From the NCBI GenBank assembly GCA_035758565.1, contig DASTXL010000002.1, positions 211,118 through 275,117 of the forward strand: a DNA stretch of 64,000 nucleotides. The letters run 5' to 3'. The translations under genes were made by a program, and so were the position numbers. The notes below the pieces were generated by a model. That model was not told the DNA's origin, made no database searches, and saw nothing but the letters and a program-made list of their open reading frames with translations. This document shows positions 63,226 to 64,000 of the stretch, one piece after another. Numbering within the stretch: the first letter of the stretch is position 1; the number at the start of each line of letters is the position of its first letter. Source of the stretch: Candidatus Saccharimonadales bacterium. Lineage in GTDB: Bacteria > Patescibacteriota > Saccharimonadia > Saccharimonadales > UBA10212.

Positions 63226-63962
63226 CTGTCGTTTAGCCTTTCGGCTAAATCGTGTCGGCCAGCATCTTCTAGCATTTTTTTTGCCCGGGCAATGGATTCA
63301 GCTTCGAAATTAGGCTCCTGGCGCTCTAATTCGTCTCTGGCAGTGTGGTGACTGTTCTTTGCGTTGTAAAGAAGAACATCAGCCTCGCGCGAAAGCTCGC
63401 CTGCGTCTTGACCCGGTTTCCAAAGCACCGCGCCGATAGCTAAATCGACTATTTTTTTTCGGTGTAACTCCTGAATACCCTCCGGTTGGGTGGCGAAGAA
63501 AGCCTCTTTGCACTCGTTAAAACGTTCAATAACAGCGACTAAACGCTCCTCAGGACTATATTTTTTAGTGCGCTCAACTTCTTCCTGGTGCTCGGCTTCA
63601 TAAATTTCACGGGGTTTTAGGTCTAAAACGATATCAATTTCGTCGCCGCCAACACGACCGATAATGGTGATGGCGTCCTCTGGCCTGAACCAGCCTGGCA
63701 GCGCAGCCGCTAAATCAGCGACGTATTTATCGCCGGCTTCGTGACCCAACGTATCGTTAATTTTTTTAAAGCCGTCGGTATCGGTTTTGATAAGCGCCAG
63801 GGTTGGCTCGTCTTCAACCTGTTCGCTAGCCTCGGTAATTCTATTGGAGAGAATATCTTCAAAAGCAGTTTTATTAACCAAGCCTGTCGGAGCGTCGATA
63901 GTGGCTCTCGCTTCTATTTCACCCAGCTTCCTTTCTTTATCGACATAGGCTTTAAATGGCAC
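63222..63962 (-). CDS. GGDEF domain protein (diguanylate cyclase-like); N-terminus may extend toward the window edge
   Basis: [46 protein letters not shown] (GGDEI variant). Its 3' end overlaps dnaJ by 4 nt, convergent. Confidence 0.75.
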   Translation of the reverse strand: MPFKAYVDKERKLGEIEARATIDAPTGLVNKTAFEDILSNRITEASEQVEDEPTLALIKTDTDGFKKINDTLGHEAGDKYVADLAAALPGWFRPEDAITIIGRVGGDEIDIVLDLKPREIYEAEHQEEVERTKKYSPEERLVAVIERFNECKEAFFATQPEGIQELHRKKIVDLAIGAVLWKPGQDAGELSREADVLLYNAKNSHHTARDELERQEPNFEAESIARAKKMLEDAGRHDLAERLNDS

Positions 63963-64000
63963 CAGAGCTGGGCCTTGTTGTTCGCCGCCGAATATTTCTG

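Noticed and set aside
1-64000. Search for CRISPR arrays, rRNA genes, integrase or transposase genes, reverse transcriptase / DGR template-variable repeat pairs.
   Set aside because: I found no regularly spaced direct repeats, no rRNA-like conserved stretches, and no ORF with recombinase, DDE or YxDD motifs. The only repeats found are those reported (tRNA 3' end, tRNA 5' half, inverted modules, lepA 3' end).

Overview
Gene-dense bacterial chromosome segment of mid GC (roughly 45-50% by eye). It has many very small or membrane-anchored low-complexity proteins, frequent 1-4 nt gene overlaps and a short HrcA. This fits a small-genome Patescibacteria/CPR (Saccharimonadia-like) organism, but the lineage is inference only. 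Core genes recognised: aspS, lepA, murJ, a MurC/Mpl-type ligase, tsaC, idi, an AlkA-like glycosylase, and hrcA-grpE-dnaK-dnaJ with a CIRCE operator. Transporters include 2 MFS, CPA2, NRAMP, ABC-2 and CNNM/CBS, and envelope-glycan genes sit at the left edge. There is one tRNA (Asn-GTT). I saw no rRNA, CRISPR array, integrase or transposase. The most unusual region is 18.3-24.3 kb, a mosaic hotspot around tRNA-Asn. It holds an EndoU-like RNase toxin gene translationally coupled to a 467-aa kinase-fold protein lacking the catalytic Asp. It also holds a 16-bp duplication of the tRNA 3' end, and a frameshifted GIY-YIG nuclease gene between the tRNA and a second tRNA 5' half with a palindromic D-arm replacement. 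An orphan 354-aa gene there is flanked by inverted structured ~85-nt modules. Other accessory signals are two sharply GC-rich single-gene islets with AT-rich host-like promoters (Mu Gam-like at 10.6-11.2 kb, orphan ORF at 51.3-51.7 kb). There is also a low-GC islet (33.4-35.4 kb) with a PIN-like gene and an NTPase-SWIM fusion, an att-like duplication of the lepA 3' end, and three extra translationally coupled ORFs inside the chaperone operon. All functional calls come from motif recognition by eye. No database search was run.
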